From Acaryochloris thomasi RCC1774 (GTDB taxonomy: Bacteria; Cyanobacteriota; Cyanobacteriia; Thermosynechococcales; Thermosynechococcaceae), in the NCBI RefSeq assembly GCF_003231495.1, contig NZ_PQWO01000001.1:210001-242000 (forward strand): a DNA stretch of 32,000 bases. Direction: 5' to 3'. A program made the translations under genes and the position numbers. The stretch's first letter is position 1. Each line of letters begins with the position of its first letter. Positions 24,198 through 32,000 of this stretch are shown here, piece by piece. The notes beneath the pieces are model-generated. The model had not been told where the DNA came from. It was given only the letters and a program-made list of their open reading frames with translations, and searched no databases.

Positions 24198-25863
24198 AAT
24201 TTTGCACCGCTGCTGTAAACCTCAAGCCGCCTTGATGACGGACGATTGCACTCAACACAAAGAGCAGATCTAGCCCGACGAAACCCGCCACAATCAAGGC
24301 GGAGCCACCGGTACTAAAGCCATAGCTGTGCAGTCCAGTCCCCAAAACAAAGTTGACGCCGTACCAAGCCATTAGCACGGCGTTGAAGGAAACGACGCTG
24401 GCAATGGTGAGACCAAAGGCACCGATCCAGCCCACTAAGCGACCGTGAAGTGGAGCCAAGTAGCACAGCAGCGCAATCAGCGCCCAGGTCTCTTTTGGAT
24501 CCCAGCCCCAAAACCGTCCCCAGGAGAAGTGCGCCCAGATGCCGCCCAAAATGATGCCTGCCGTTAACAGTAGGATGCCGACTTGCAGAACCTGATAGTT
24601 CCAGCGGGACAGCTTCTGAATCTGTTGGGATTGAGGCAAGAACAGATAGTAGCCCAGGGTCACGTGGCCTAGCCCCATCGCTAGGGCGAAGCTAGCGTAG
24701 CCGAGGGTAATCGTAGGGACATGGATGCTGAGCCAAAAATTATCCCGTAGAACTGGCACCAGGGGGCTGATGCTGGGGTCGAGAACAGCGGGAAGGCTGT
24801 CGGCTAACACCAAACACAGAACCGATAGAGGGGCTGCTGCCAATAGGTAGTAGTGGGCTTTGGATCGCCACTCGAAGAGCAGGGCCAGCGCTGCAATGCC
24901 AAATCCGACCCAGATCACGGATTCGTACATATTAGTGACGGGGGGACGATCTGCAATCTGTACCCGCAGGAGAAAACCATAGCACTGGGTCAATAATCCG
25001 GCACTGAAAACGCCCATTGCGCTCCAGTACAGATTCCATTGGGGAAAGTTGAGCGCCATCAGCATCAAAATAAATGCGATCGCATATAGCCACCAAGCTT
25101 TGGCAAAGGGATGGAAGTGATTGAAGAACACCTCTCGCTGGAGGATGCGATCGCTTGGATAGATCTGCGGGCTCAAGTCCACAAGCTGCTGACGCAAAGT
25201 CTCTGCCTGCTGCCCCACCGCCGCTAGGTTCTGCGGATCTTGCAAATAGGTCTGCTGGAGCTGCTCAAACTGAGCGATCAGGCGACTGGAGTTAGGGTAG
25301 TAAGCCTCGCTGTCGGTTAGCCCGAGCCATTTGCCCTTTAGATCGCTGGGATGGGGAACCAGCGGTAGAGATTGAGACCCGACGGTCTGCATCATCAGAT
25401 CAATGCGATCGTAGAGGTTGAGGGCTTCTCGTTCATCTCGCGTCAGGGTTTGATCTTGGCTTTGCTTCTGTTCTGCTGTTTGCAGAAGGTTGCCTAAGTC
25501 AGACTGCGCTAATGCCGCAAAGGAAAAGTGTTTTTGGTCGGGATTAAGACCTAGTTTTTCTTTGAGCGGACGATAGCTCAATAGAATGAACGGCTCCTGA
25601 TTCCAGTTGCGATCGTTCCACCACAGGGAGAGGTAGGTTTGCTGGCTGTTTAGGCGCTGCCCTGTCTCAGTGCGGTAGCTCGGAGAACCGTGAATCTGGG
25701 CTACGGTCTCGCGGGCCACGGTATCTAGGGGCTTTTTACGGCCTTCAAGCTGAACGGCAAAGGTGGACAGCGAGTCTAAGGGGTGGTCTTGAGATTGGCT
25801 GAGGGGCGCTAGGAGAATGAGTAAGCCCAGACAAAGACTCAGGAGAAATTTAGGAGTTTTCAT
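24130..25863 (-). CDS. ccsA: Cytochrome c biogenesis protein CcsA/ResC-type (System II heme-handling WWD protein) with a long N-terminal extracytoplasmic extension
   Basis: The ORF is open from 25977, but that extension is translated repeat sequence. ATG at 25863 gives MKTPKFLLSLCLGLLILLAPLSQS. After a soluble region of about 250 aa come about 8 TM segments and the W-rich motif WGRFWGWDPKETWALIALL, with conserved His residues in the flanking loops. Confidence 0.87.
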   Translation of the reverse strand: MKTPKFLLSLCLGLLILLAPLSQSQDHPLDSLSTFAVQLEGRKKPLDTVARETVAQIHGSPSYRTETGQRLNSQQTYLSLWWNDRNWNQEPFILLSYRPLKEKLGLNPDQKHFSFAALAQSDLGNLLQTAEQKQSQDQTLTRDEREALNLYDRIDLMMQTVGSQSLPLVPHPSDLKGKWLGLTDSEAYYPNSSRLIAQFEQLQQTYLQDPQNLAAVGQQAETLRQQLVDLSPQIYPSDRILQREVFFNHFHPFAKAWWLYAIAFILMLMALNFPQWNLYWSAMGVFSAGLLTQCYGFLLRVQIADRPPVTNMYESVIWVGFGIAALALLFEWRSKAHYYLLAAAPLSVLCLVLADSLPAVLDPSISPLVPVLRDNFWLSIHVPTITLGYASFALAMGLGHVTLGYYLFLPQSQQIQKLSRWNYQVLQVGILLLTAGIILGGIWAHFSWGRFWGWDPKETWALIALLCYLAPLHGRLVGWIGAFGLTIASVVSFNAVLMAWYGVNFVLGTGLHSYGFSTGGSALIVAGFVGLDLLFVLSAIVRHQGGLRFTAAVQNYDNHDGGRSPEPGSAGAIAPGR

Positions 25864-25921
25864 GTTCGCGGGTGGTGACTGGGCGATTGAGAATGGGAGA
25901 GGTTCCAGATTGATTTGCACT

Positions 25922-25953
25922 GCCCCCCCGGCCCCCCAATTCTGGGGGGAGAG
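25922..25953 (-). repeat. G/C-rich palindromic dispersed repeat, copy B (inverted relative to copy C)
   Basis: The reverse complement reads ctct-cccccc-agaatt-gggggg-cc-ggggggg-c. It has 1 mismatch to copy C over 32 nt. Confidence 0.85.
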
Positions 25954-26151
25954 AGGCCGAGGTTCTGCATTTCCCAATAGATATCGCTACGGGAGCATTG
26001 TCTGTTGATAAAAATGGCGTAAGCAGACGCTTGGGAAGATCGTGGAGTACCTGTATTCGTCCCCAATATTCGCTGACACTGCGGGACTTCAAGTACTCAA
26101 TGATTTTTATCAAACTCGAAAGCTGTTGCGAACTTGAGAGGATGCTGTCGA

Positions 26152-26183
26152 CTCTCCCCCCAGAATTGGGGGGCTGGGGGGGC
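26152..26183 (+). repeat. G/C-rich palindromic dispersed repeat, copy C
   Basis: ctct-cccccc-agaatt-gggggg-ct-ggggggg-c. Confidence 0.85.
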
Positions 26184-26226
26184 CAATGCAGAACGGAGCG
26201 GTTTTTACTCCAAAAAGGAAAGAGCA

Positions 26227-28065
26227 TCACGTCTCTACCTGGACTGTGCTGTTTGCGAGGGGCTCTGACCGACCTGCCCCTAAAGGAGAAGCTTTGCTAA
26301 CGGCCATCGCATCTTCCTCCACAAACCTCTCTGTAGGTCCTGAGGTCATCGTTCGCCAATATTTGCCGAGATGTTTGCCATAGAACATCGTGCTAATGCC
26401 GCTCACCACGAGCAGCGCCCCACTCCAGGTCAAAGCCGTTACCCACAGCGGTTCTCGCTTGACCTGCAGCGTAGACTGATTCAAATCACCTGGATTCCAG
26501 GAGGCTTGGGCAATCTTCCAGCCCTGATACCAAGTGGGGTGATTCATCCAGACATCTCGATGCTCAACGCTGCCCGTGTGGGGATCCTGCAGCTTGACTT
26601 TGCTGGTCCACATGGCGACGGACTCATCCCCTTCATTGCGCTCGACAATGAAGTCTTCAAGGCCCAGGTCAAAGGGGAGCGCCAGCGATCGAGGACTGAA
26701 AAAGGCAAATATGGCCCCCGCTGCATCGTTCAGTTCCGATGGTTCGCCCCAAGGTAGCCACTGTTCAGCGCCGGTTGGGGTCGTCACGAGCAAACCAGGG
26801 GAGCCTTCTTGATCAGATGGCACCACCTGACGCTGCACCTGCGCCTGGGTCAGCTCATTCACTAAGGTGATCTGAAAATCTGCCCAGCCCGTCTGAACAG
26901 GCTGTCCCGGCACCAACGGTTCTGAGGTAAACTCTTGAGCAGAGCGGAGGCCATAGAAAATCTGCCCCTGAGAATCGGCAACGACGCGGAAGAGACGGTC
27001 CGCAACGAGCGGGGCTGTCTGATAGGTAATTTCTAGATTTTGGGCGTTAATGTTGGGGCTGAGTTCAGTTCCTGACAGGACGGTCCGCACGGGGTCAAAC
27101 CCTTCCTGAGCAAAGACATACCAGCGCTCAACGCCAGTTGAATGCTGGACCTCAAGGCCCAAAACGGGGTTCCGTAGCTCTTGGGAAATCGTGATCGGCT
27201 GTGATTGATTATTAAGGCGAAAGTCAGGCCAAACATGGCTCACGGTTACCTGCAGATCGCGATCCAGCTTAAGGGGGTGATCGAGGGCCTGCTCGACATC
27301 TAAGGTCTGCTTTTTACCTCTTGTCTCAATCTGCATCTGCCCCCATCGGCCAAGGACTGAGTTCTGAGATTCAGATAAAAGCTGCTGTAGCTGTTGGTCG
27401 TCTTCAGCCTGCACTAGCTCTAGCTGGGCAGGGCCAAGCGTTGTCTGGCGATACGCACGCGGAAAGTCAGCTAGCCAAACCTGCGTCGATTGGCCCATAC
27501 GATCGCTGTTGAGCTGTAGCTGCACCGCTCGATTGGGAACCGCGCCCCCTTCGGCAAACTGAATGGTTTCAACGACGTGATCGCGATATCCCAGCAGGGA
27601 CAGACCATTAAACTGAGCAGGTGACACGGACTGATCTGGATTCACTCGCAGCAGAGTTTGCTGCGGCTCTTGCCCCCATTGGGCCACCTCCAGCATGTCT
27701 CCTTCCGTACTTAGTTGATGCTGAGGGGGGCCGTCTGTGCGCAGCACGAGCATCCCTTCAGCACCCAGATGGATCACGGCAGCGGAGCCAGCAATCAAGA
27801 CAATCAGGCCCAGATGCGCTAGCGCGAAGCCGATCTTCCGCGCTCCTTTCCAGGGATAGCGAGATAGGGCAGAAACACCAAGATTGACGGCGAGCATCAA
27901 CATCAAGGCCCCAAACCAGGGGCTCTTATAGATCAGCTGCTGGACTGCTGCGGAACCCACCTGAGTTTCGTAAAACGTTGCGCCGATCAGGATAGTTGCG
28001 ATCGCACTGAGCAGCGGCACCGCCAGCTTGATGGACCCTAAAAATGGATAAACTTTGGCGAACAT
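26227..28065 (-). CDS. ccsB: Cytochrome c biogenesis protein ResB/CcsB(Ccs1)-type (System II)
   Basis: 612-aa ORF. The ResB-like N-terminus is FLGSIKLAVPLLSAIATILIGATFYE...SPWFGALMLMLAVNLGVSALSRYPW...FALAHLGLIVLIAGSA. A large extracytoplasmic domain follows, then the C-terminal WMNHPTWYQGWKIAQASW and a final TM segment. Confidence 0.85.
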   Translation of the reverse strand: MFAKVYPFLGSIKLAVPLLSAIATILIGATFYETQVGSAAVQQLIYKSPWFGALMLMLAVNLGVSALSRYPWKGARKIGFALAHLGLIVLIAGSAAVIHLGAEGMLVLRTDGPPQHQLSTEGDMLEVAQWGQEPQQTLLRVNPDQSVSPAQFNGLSLLGYRDHVVETIQFAEGGAVPNRAVQLQLNSDRMGQSTQVWLADFPRAYRQTTLGPAQLELVQAEDDQQLQQLLSESQNSVLGRWGQMQIETRGKKQTLDVEQALDHPLKLDRDLQVTVSHVWPDFRLNNQSQPITISQELRNPVLGLEVQHSTGVERWYVFAQEGFDPVRTVLSGTELSPNINAQNLEITYQTAPLVADRLFRVVADSQGQIFYGLRSAQEFTSEPLVPGQPVQTGWADFQITLVNELTQAQVQRQVVPSDQEGSPGLLVTTPTGAEQWLPWGEPSELNDAAGAIFAFFSPRSLALPFDLGLEDFIVERNEGDESVAMWTSKVKLQDPHTGSVEHRDVWMNHPTWYQGWKIAQASWNPGDLNQSTLQVKREPLWVTALTWSGALLVVSGISTMFYGKHLGKYWRTMTSGPTERFVEEDAMAVSKASPLGAGRSEPLANSTVQVET

Positions 28066-28218
28066 GCATCACTCACGGGTGCAGGACTAGCCCCATTTAT
28101 CCTGATGTTCAGCTTGTAAACGGTATTGGTTTTGACAAGAAGCCCCTTCAAGGATGCAGGAACAACATACTTCTTATGCATCAACGGCAGAAAAGACGGC
28201 GCTCGGCGGAGGCGCACA

Positions 28219-28252
28219 TAGATCCGTGGTTGCGATTGCAACCACGGATCTA
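28219..28252. promoter_or_regulatory. Perfect 15-bp inverted repeat with a 4-nt loop in the divergent ccsB / surface-protein intergenic region
   Basis: tagatccgtggttgc-gatt-gcaaccacggatcta. It lies about 155 nt upstream of the ccsB start (28065). Confidence 0.45.
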
Positions 28253-29062
28253 CTCTTTAGCAAACACGCTTAGATTGCATTGCGGCCCCTATGCCACACG
28301 AAGAGAGAAAGGTAAAGGCAACCCCCACTAAAGCCGATAGGACTTCAAAGAAAAATGCAATTGAGCTGGAAAATACGATTTTTGTTCAGGGTCAGTTTCA
28401 CGATTGAGAAAGCAGAGAACCGCTGATTTTAGCCTCAGTTGATAATTTTAGAAATTTGTTTTTTGGGCCAATCCCGTATTTATACGGAGGGGATTAGTAA
28501 GCAAGCTGTGACTGAAATCACAGAAAGAACAGGTAGAGAACTCAACATCCGTAAAAACACGGATTCACCATCGGGAAAGCCTATAGAAAGGAGCTTTGCA
28601 GCTCAATGGTTGGTCGAAAACCTGACGTTGATGTTGAATTGAGCTGATATCAGGTGCGTTTTCAAACCTGAAAATATACATTCATTTTCAAGATTTCTCT
28701 TTTTTGCGACAAAAAGCGAGCATTGTGTGATTTGAATTCCAGTACGTTTCCGGAGTTCAGCATGGGCATACTAACGACTAAGTTAGGAACAAGCGGGGGG
28801 CAGTGTGACCCGAAAGGTGATCAAACTTGCCCCTATCCTGACATCAATGACTCTATCCAGTGTTCGAGTCTCTCACTCTAAAACACCTGTCCTTAATTCA
28901 TATAGAAACAGAGGCGGTGTGACGAGAGTTTGTTCTGAGGTTCCAGCTCAAAGCAAACACGGGTGCAACACACACCCAGTCGAATTGAGGTCACACCGTA
29001 CCTCTGCCAGACGATGCCTATCTCTCGCAAGTTTGTTCATTTCACCAGCTAAGAAGACACCT

Positions 29063-31681
29063 ATGACACACGATACATCACAACCCAAAAGACGAGGAAG
29101 CAAGCTTTATCGGCCAGTGGCGATCGCAGCAATGATTGCCGGTGGTTTGACTCAGTCCCTCCTTCCGGCCTTCGCTGCCGGTACTGCAGCAGGCGTCAGC
29201 ATTAGTAACACCGCCACAGCCACCTACCGCGATGCTCCCGGCGGTAACGTTATTGATGCCACGTCCAATACTGTTAACATCACCGTTGCTGAGGTTGCCG
29301 GTGTAACCGCAGTAGCTTCTGGCTTTAATGACACTGATGGTGGCGCTGTTGAAGCAAATGATATCCTCGAATTCACCTTTGACATCACCAACATAGGTAA
29401 CGCAGCAACAGATCTCTTCATCCCCGGCCTGAATGGTCTCATCGAAGAAAACTTTGATGCCACCACAGTCGAGATCATCAGCGTCAACGGAACTGCCGTA
29501 GGCCCCGTCGCTGTACTCGCTAATGGTTCTACCCTTGGTAGTCTAAGCCTTGACGACCTCGACCCCGACGCAATTGTGCAGGTTAGAGTCACCGGTACTC
29601 CTGCAGTGAACACACCTGCAGGTGCAGACGTCGGTGTCACGATCGGTAACACAGGCCCCAATAACAACAGCCCTAGCACGCAAAACCAGCCTGACGATCC
29701 CACTGGTGATGGCACCAACAACGACGAGATTCGTACAGTTGACGCTGATGCAGGCAATGGCGCCCCCGTTAACGGTGAGCGTGAAGCCAGTGCCGAGAAT
29801 AGCATTCCCTTTGCTAGTTCCGTTGACCCTCTCGCGTTAGCCACGGTCACGAAAGAAGTTGCGACTTTGCTTCCGGGTGCTGGCCCCACTGCTAGCGACG
29901 ACCTGATTACCTACAACTTGGGCTTGACCGTTGAGGGTAGCTCCCCCAACGCAGCCTTCGTTGCTGAAGACCTCGTTGGTACGCCGATGACCATTGACGG
30001 CAGCACTGAGACTCGCATTCTCGTTTCTGATGCTATTCCCGCCGGAACAGTTCTGAATGCAGTGCCCACCGCACCTGCAGGCTGGGAAGTGGTTTACTCC
30101 ACAAACGATCCATCAGCGACAGCACCCATTGGAACTGGCCCTAATACAGCAGCGTGGATTCGCAACAGCGTAACTCCTTTGAATGCAGGTAACTTTGCAT
30201 CCGTGGAAAGAGTGGGTTTCATTCGCACAGCGACGACTCCGCTAGCCGCAGGTACTGATGTTACGGCAACAACTCCGTTCCAATTTACCGTGATTACTTC
30301 TGGCCTCGCTCCAGAAGGTGGCCAAGTTGCTAACATCGCTCAGGTCTTTGGTCGCACCTTCGATGATCCCGCGATTGCTGGCTCACCCACTGATCAAGTT
30401 GTCTACGACGAATCTGGAGACAGCCAGCCCAACAACTTCAACGATAATCAAACGCCTCCCAATCCAAACGGCAGCAACTTCGTTCCTGCTGAAGATCGAG
30501 GGGTTGCAGATCCAGTAGCTCAAGGCACTGACACTAACGGCGACAATACAGGTTCAGGTCCTGATGGTGAAGCCAACGTTGTTAACATCGGCAATGTTGC
30601 TGGTGCTGATGACATTCTTAACGGTACCGATGGTGTTCCAGGTGCCCAAGGCCCCACCGACCAAAATGACGATTTTACAAACCTATCTACTGATGTCCCA
30701 GTGGGTACAGGTCCTGCAGATACTTTCAATCCAGCTGCAGTTACCTTTGATAACACCATTCAGAACCCATCTAGTGCTGGCTTCATTGCTGACGTGACGC
30801 TGCAGCCCATTTCTCCTACCCAGGCAGAAAACGCAGACGACAGTCCTCTGACAGGACAATACGATGGTGCTGATGCTATTCCTTTCGGCACTCAGGTCAC
30901 GATTACTGCTACGGATGAGAACGGTGACGTTTTAACGGCAACCTATACCTACGTTAATCTTGCAGGTGTTCCCACCTTCCGGCTTGATAGCAGCACAACC
31001 ACTGCTGGTGGCGGCGGCGCAATACCGACGCCCGGGGGCCCTGTTCACGTCAACTATGGTGACCTACCTGCAGGTCAGACCCTTGACTACACAGTCTCGG
31101 TTGATTTACCACCTACTGTCACACCTAACCAAGAGATCTCGATTCCGGTTGTAGCCTTCCCGGATGACAATCCAACTACAGCCCCTGGTTTAACTGGAGA
31201 GTCAACCAACAACATAACGATTGACCGCATCTATACCGGCTTCATGCAGCTCACGAAGCAAGCTCAGGTTCTGGATCAGAATGGCGTAATTGTGCAGCCA
31301 TTTGCCTCCGATTTGACTGGCGTTGAGTTCCGACCGGGTTACCAAATCGACTACCGGATTGGTTACGAAAACATTTCAACCCCTGTCGTAGGTACCGGCA
31401 ACGTGGGCCTCACAGCCTTTGAATTTGAAGTTGTAGAAGATGGTACCGTCGCCACTGGCACTAGCACCACTCAAAACAACTGGGCGGCTTTCACGGATCA
31501 TGAGCAGAACACCAGCGCCACGCAGGGCGATGTGGAATTCTTCACCAACAGTGGTGATGCTACACCCCTGACAACCACAGATCCTCTCGCCAATACTCAG
31601 GTTGAGAAGTATGAGAACCCGGTTGGTCAGGTTGATCCTGGTCAAACAGGTGAGTTCCAATTCCGTCGCCGCCTCCAGTAA
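29063..31681 (+). CDS. Large secreted, Cys-free, acidic DUF11/SpaA-like beta-sandwich repeat surface protein
   Basis: The frame is open from GTG 28805, but ATG 29063 gives MTHDTSQPKRRGSKLYRPVAIAAMIAGGLTQSLLPAFA, a signal peptide. The mature protein begins ISNTATATYRDAPGGNVIDATSNTVNITVAEVAGVT and ends PGYQIDYRIGYENIS...VDPGQTGEFQFRRRL, both DUF11-type strand motifs. It is rich in T/N/D/G/A, has no Cys and has very few basic residues. Confidence 0.7.
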   Translation: MTHDTSQPKRRGSKLYRPVAIAAMIAGGLTQSLLPAFAAGTAAGVSISNTATATYRDAPGGNVIDATSNTVNITVAEVAGVTAVASGFNDTDGGAVEANDILEFTFDITNIGNAATDLFIPGLNGLIEENFDATTVEIISVNGTAVGPVAVLANGSTLGSLSLDDLDPDAIVQVRVTGTPAVNTPAGADVGVTIGNTGPNNNSPSTQNQPDDPTGDGTNNDEIRTVDADAGNGAPVNGEREASAENSIPFASSVDPLALATVTKEVATLLPGAGPTASDDLITYNLGLTVEGSSPNAAFVAEDLVGTPMTIDGSTETRILVSDAIPAGTVLNAVPTAPAGWEVVYSTNDPSATAPIGTGPNTAAWIRNSVTPLNAGNFASVERVGFIRTATTPLAAGTDVTATTPFQFTVITSGLAPEGGQVANIAQVFGRTFDDPAIAGSPTDQVVYDESGDSQPNNFNDNQTPPNPNGSNFVPAEDRGVADPVAQGTDTNGDNTGSGPDGEANVVNIGNVAGADDILNGTDGVPGAQGPTDQNDDFTNLSTDVPVGTGPADTFNPAAVTFDNTIQNPSSAGFIADVTLQPISPTQAENADDSPLTGQYDGADAIPFGTQVTITATDENGDVLTATYTYVNLAGVPTFRLDSSTTTAGGGGAIPTPGGPVHVNYGDLPAGQTLDYTVSVDLPPTVTPNQEISIPVVAFPDDNPTTAPGLTGESTNNITIDRIYTGFMQLTKQAQVLDQNGVIVQPFASDLTGVEFRPGYQIDYRIGYENISTPVVGTGNVGLTAFEFEVVEDGTVATGTSTTQNNWAAFTDHEQNTSATQGDVEFFTNSGDATPLTTTDPLANTQVEKYENPVGQVDPGQTGEFQFRRRLQ

Positions 31682-31688
31682 AGCCTCA

Positions 31689-31737
31689 GTCATGGGTGAG
31701 TGCGATGAGACTCACCCATGACGCCACAACTGTTTTT
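31689..31737 (+). terminator. Hairpin plus T-run after the surface-protein gene, candidate terminator or attenuator
   Basis: 13-bp stem gtcatgggtgagt / actcacccatgac with an 8-nt loop. A TGTTTTT run follows about 10 nt later. It sits between the stop at 31681 and the next start at 31778. Confidence 0.45.
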
Positions 31738-31777
31738 GAAGTCGACTGTAGTTTTTGAATTTTAAGGTTTTCTAATC

Positions 31778-32000
31778 ATGAAACGACGTTTATCTATGGG
31801 TCTCGGTATTCTAGCCGTCGCCATTGCCGTTCCCTTTGCCAGCAGCACTCCCGTTCTTGCCAATTTGCAAGAAGCCGGTGAAGCACTGGTTCAGCAGATT
31901 CTTCAGCCCCAGGTCAAGTTGGCCCTTTCTGCCGAGAAGCAAGTGATCACCACTGATGCTGAAGGCAACAAAGCGACCGCTTGGGAAGCTATTGAAGGAG
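31778..32000 (+). CDS. Secreted protein, N-terminal 74 aa (runs off the right edge), possibly a second DUF11-type surface protein
   Basis: My translation is MKRRLSMGLGILAVAIAVPFASSTPVLANLQEAGEALVQQILQPQVKLALSAEKQVITTDAEGNKATAWEAIEG. It has a clear signal peptide. The VKLALSAEKQV...W block resembles the first strand of DUF11 repeats. It is absent from the ORF track because it is edge-truncated. Confidence 0.5.
   Translation, partial: MKRRLSMGLGILAVAIAVPFASSTPVLANLQEAGEALVQQILQPQVKLALSAEKQVITTDAEGNKATAWEAIEG

Noticed and set aside
25864-25977. 38-codon N-terminal extension of the ccsA ORF (MGNAEPRPLSPQNWGAGGAVQINLEPLPFSIAQSPPAN...)
   Set aside because: It is a translation of the G/C-rich dispersed repeat (copy B). 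The internal ATG at 25863 gives a proper signal or TM N-terminus, so the extension is an ORF-calling artefact.
13647-26183. Possibility that the G6-N2-G7 runs in the dispersed repeat form G-quadruplexes
   Set aside because: Only two long G-runs occur per strand per copy. Splitting them into four G3 tracts leaves zero-length loops. The hairpin or inverted-repeat explanation is simpler.
25850-26300. Track ORFs 25850-26230 (-, 126 aa), 25860-26066 (-), 25817-26008 (+) and 25998-26300 (+) in the ccsB-ccsA gap
   Set aside because: They overlap one another and span the inverted repeats. They contain repeat-derived peptides (PPELGGRGG, PPNSGG) and have no recognisable motifs. They are better explained as a non-coding MITE-like element.
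28805-29062. Upstream 86-codon extension of the surface-protein ORF from GTG 28805
   Set aside because: The extension is basic, Cys-containing and unlike the rest of the protein. The ATG at 29063 is followed directly by a typical signal peptide. The extension is treated as 5' leader.
29224-29889. 221-aa minus-strand ORF antisense to the surface-protein gene, plus several smaller ones up to 31693
   Set aside because: These are shadows of a long, low-stop-content T/N/D/G-rich gene. They have no independent start context or motifs.
1-32000. Looked for CRISPR arrays, tRNA/rRNA genes, transposases, integrases, toxin-antitoxin pairs and restriction-modification or other defence genes
   Set aside because: I found no regularly spaced direct repeats, no cloverleaf-like sequences in the intergenic regions, and no ORFs with DDE/integrase, nuclease or methylase motifs. 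The only mobile-like feature is the small inverted-repeat element at 25922-26183.

Overview
The window looks like a cyanobacterial chromosomal segment. I counted about 18 copies of the HIP1 palindrome GCGATCGC by eye, against roughly 0.5 expected by chance in 32 kb. I support 23 protein-coding genes, two of them cut by the window edges. I recognised no rRNA, tRNA, CRISPR array, transposase or phage genes. From left to right the genes are: (1) a two-partner-secretion (TPS/haemagglutinin-type) exoprotein gene followed 22 nt later by a secreted TPR/CHAT protein gene; (2) recG; (3) a TPM-domain membrane protein; (4) an XRE-HTH regulator fused to a ClpC-type N-domain, divergent from a Ser/Thr kinase; (5) a PEP-CTERM protein and a small membrane protein; (6) miaE and a GT-A-like protein; (7) a Tat-signal aldo/keto reductase and an ABC exporter; (8) the most unusual region, about 18.7-28.1 kb, all on the minus strand. 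This region holds a dedicated ResB/CcsA (System II) cytochrome c maturation pair and a pentapeptide-repeat protein. They are followed by a tightly packed five-gene heme operon: a membrane-anchored tandem VHb-like globin, a c3-like pentaheme cytochrome with a CX4CH site, a hexaheme cytochrome c, a DUF3365/Tll0287-like monoheme protein, and a membrane protein with two H-X13-H pairs that is a candidate di-heme cytochrome b. (9) At the right end is a large Cys-free acidic DUF11-like surface protein, followed by the start of a second secreted protein. Other structure includes a G/C-rich palindromic dispersed repeat in 3 copies, two of which form a MITE-like inverted pair between ccsB and ccsA. There is also an NtcA-type promoter architecture upstream of the globin operon, several long perfect inverted repeats in divergent or convergent intergenic regions, and an 11-nt G homopolymer inside the CHAT gene. 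All functional calls rest on motif recognition by eye. No similarity search could be run.
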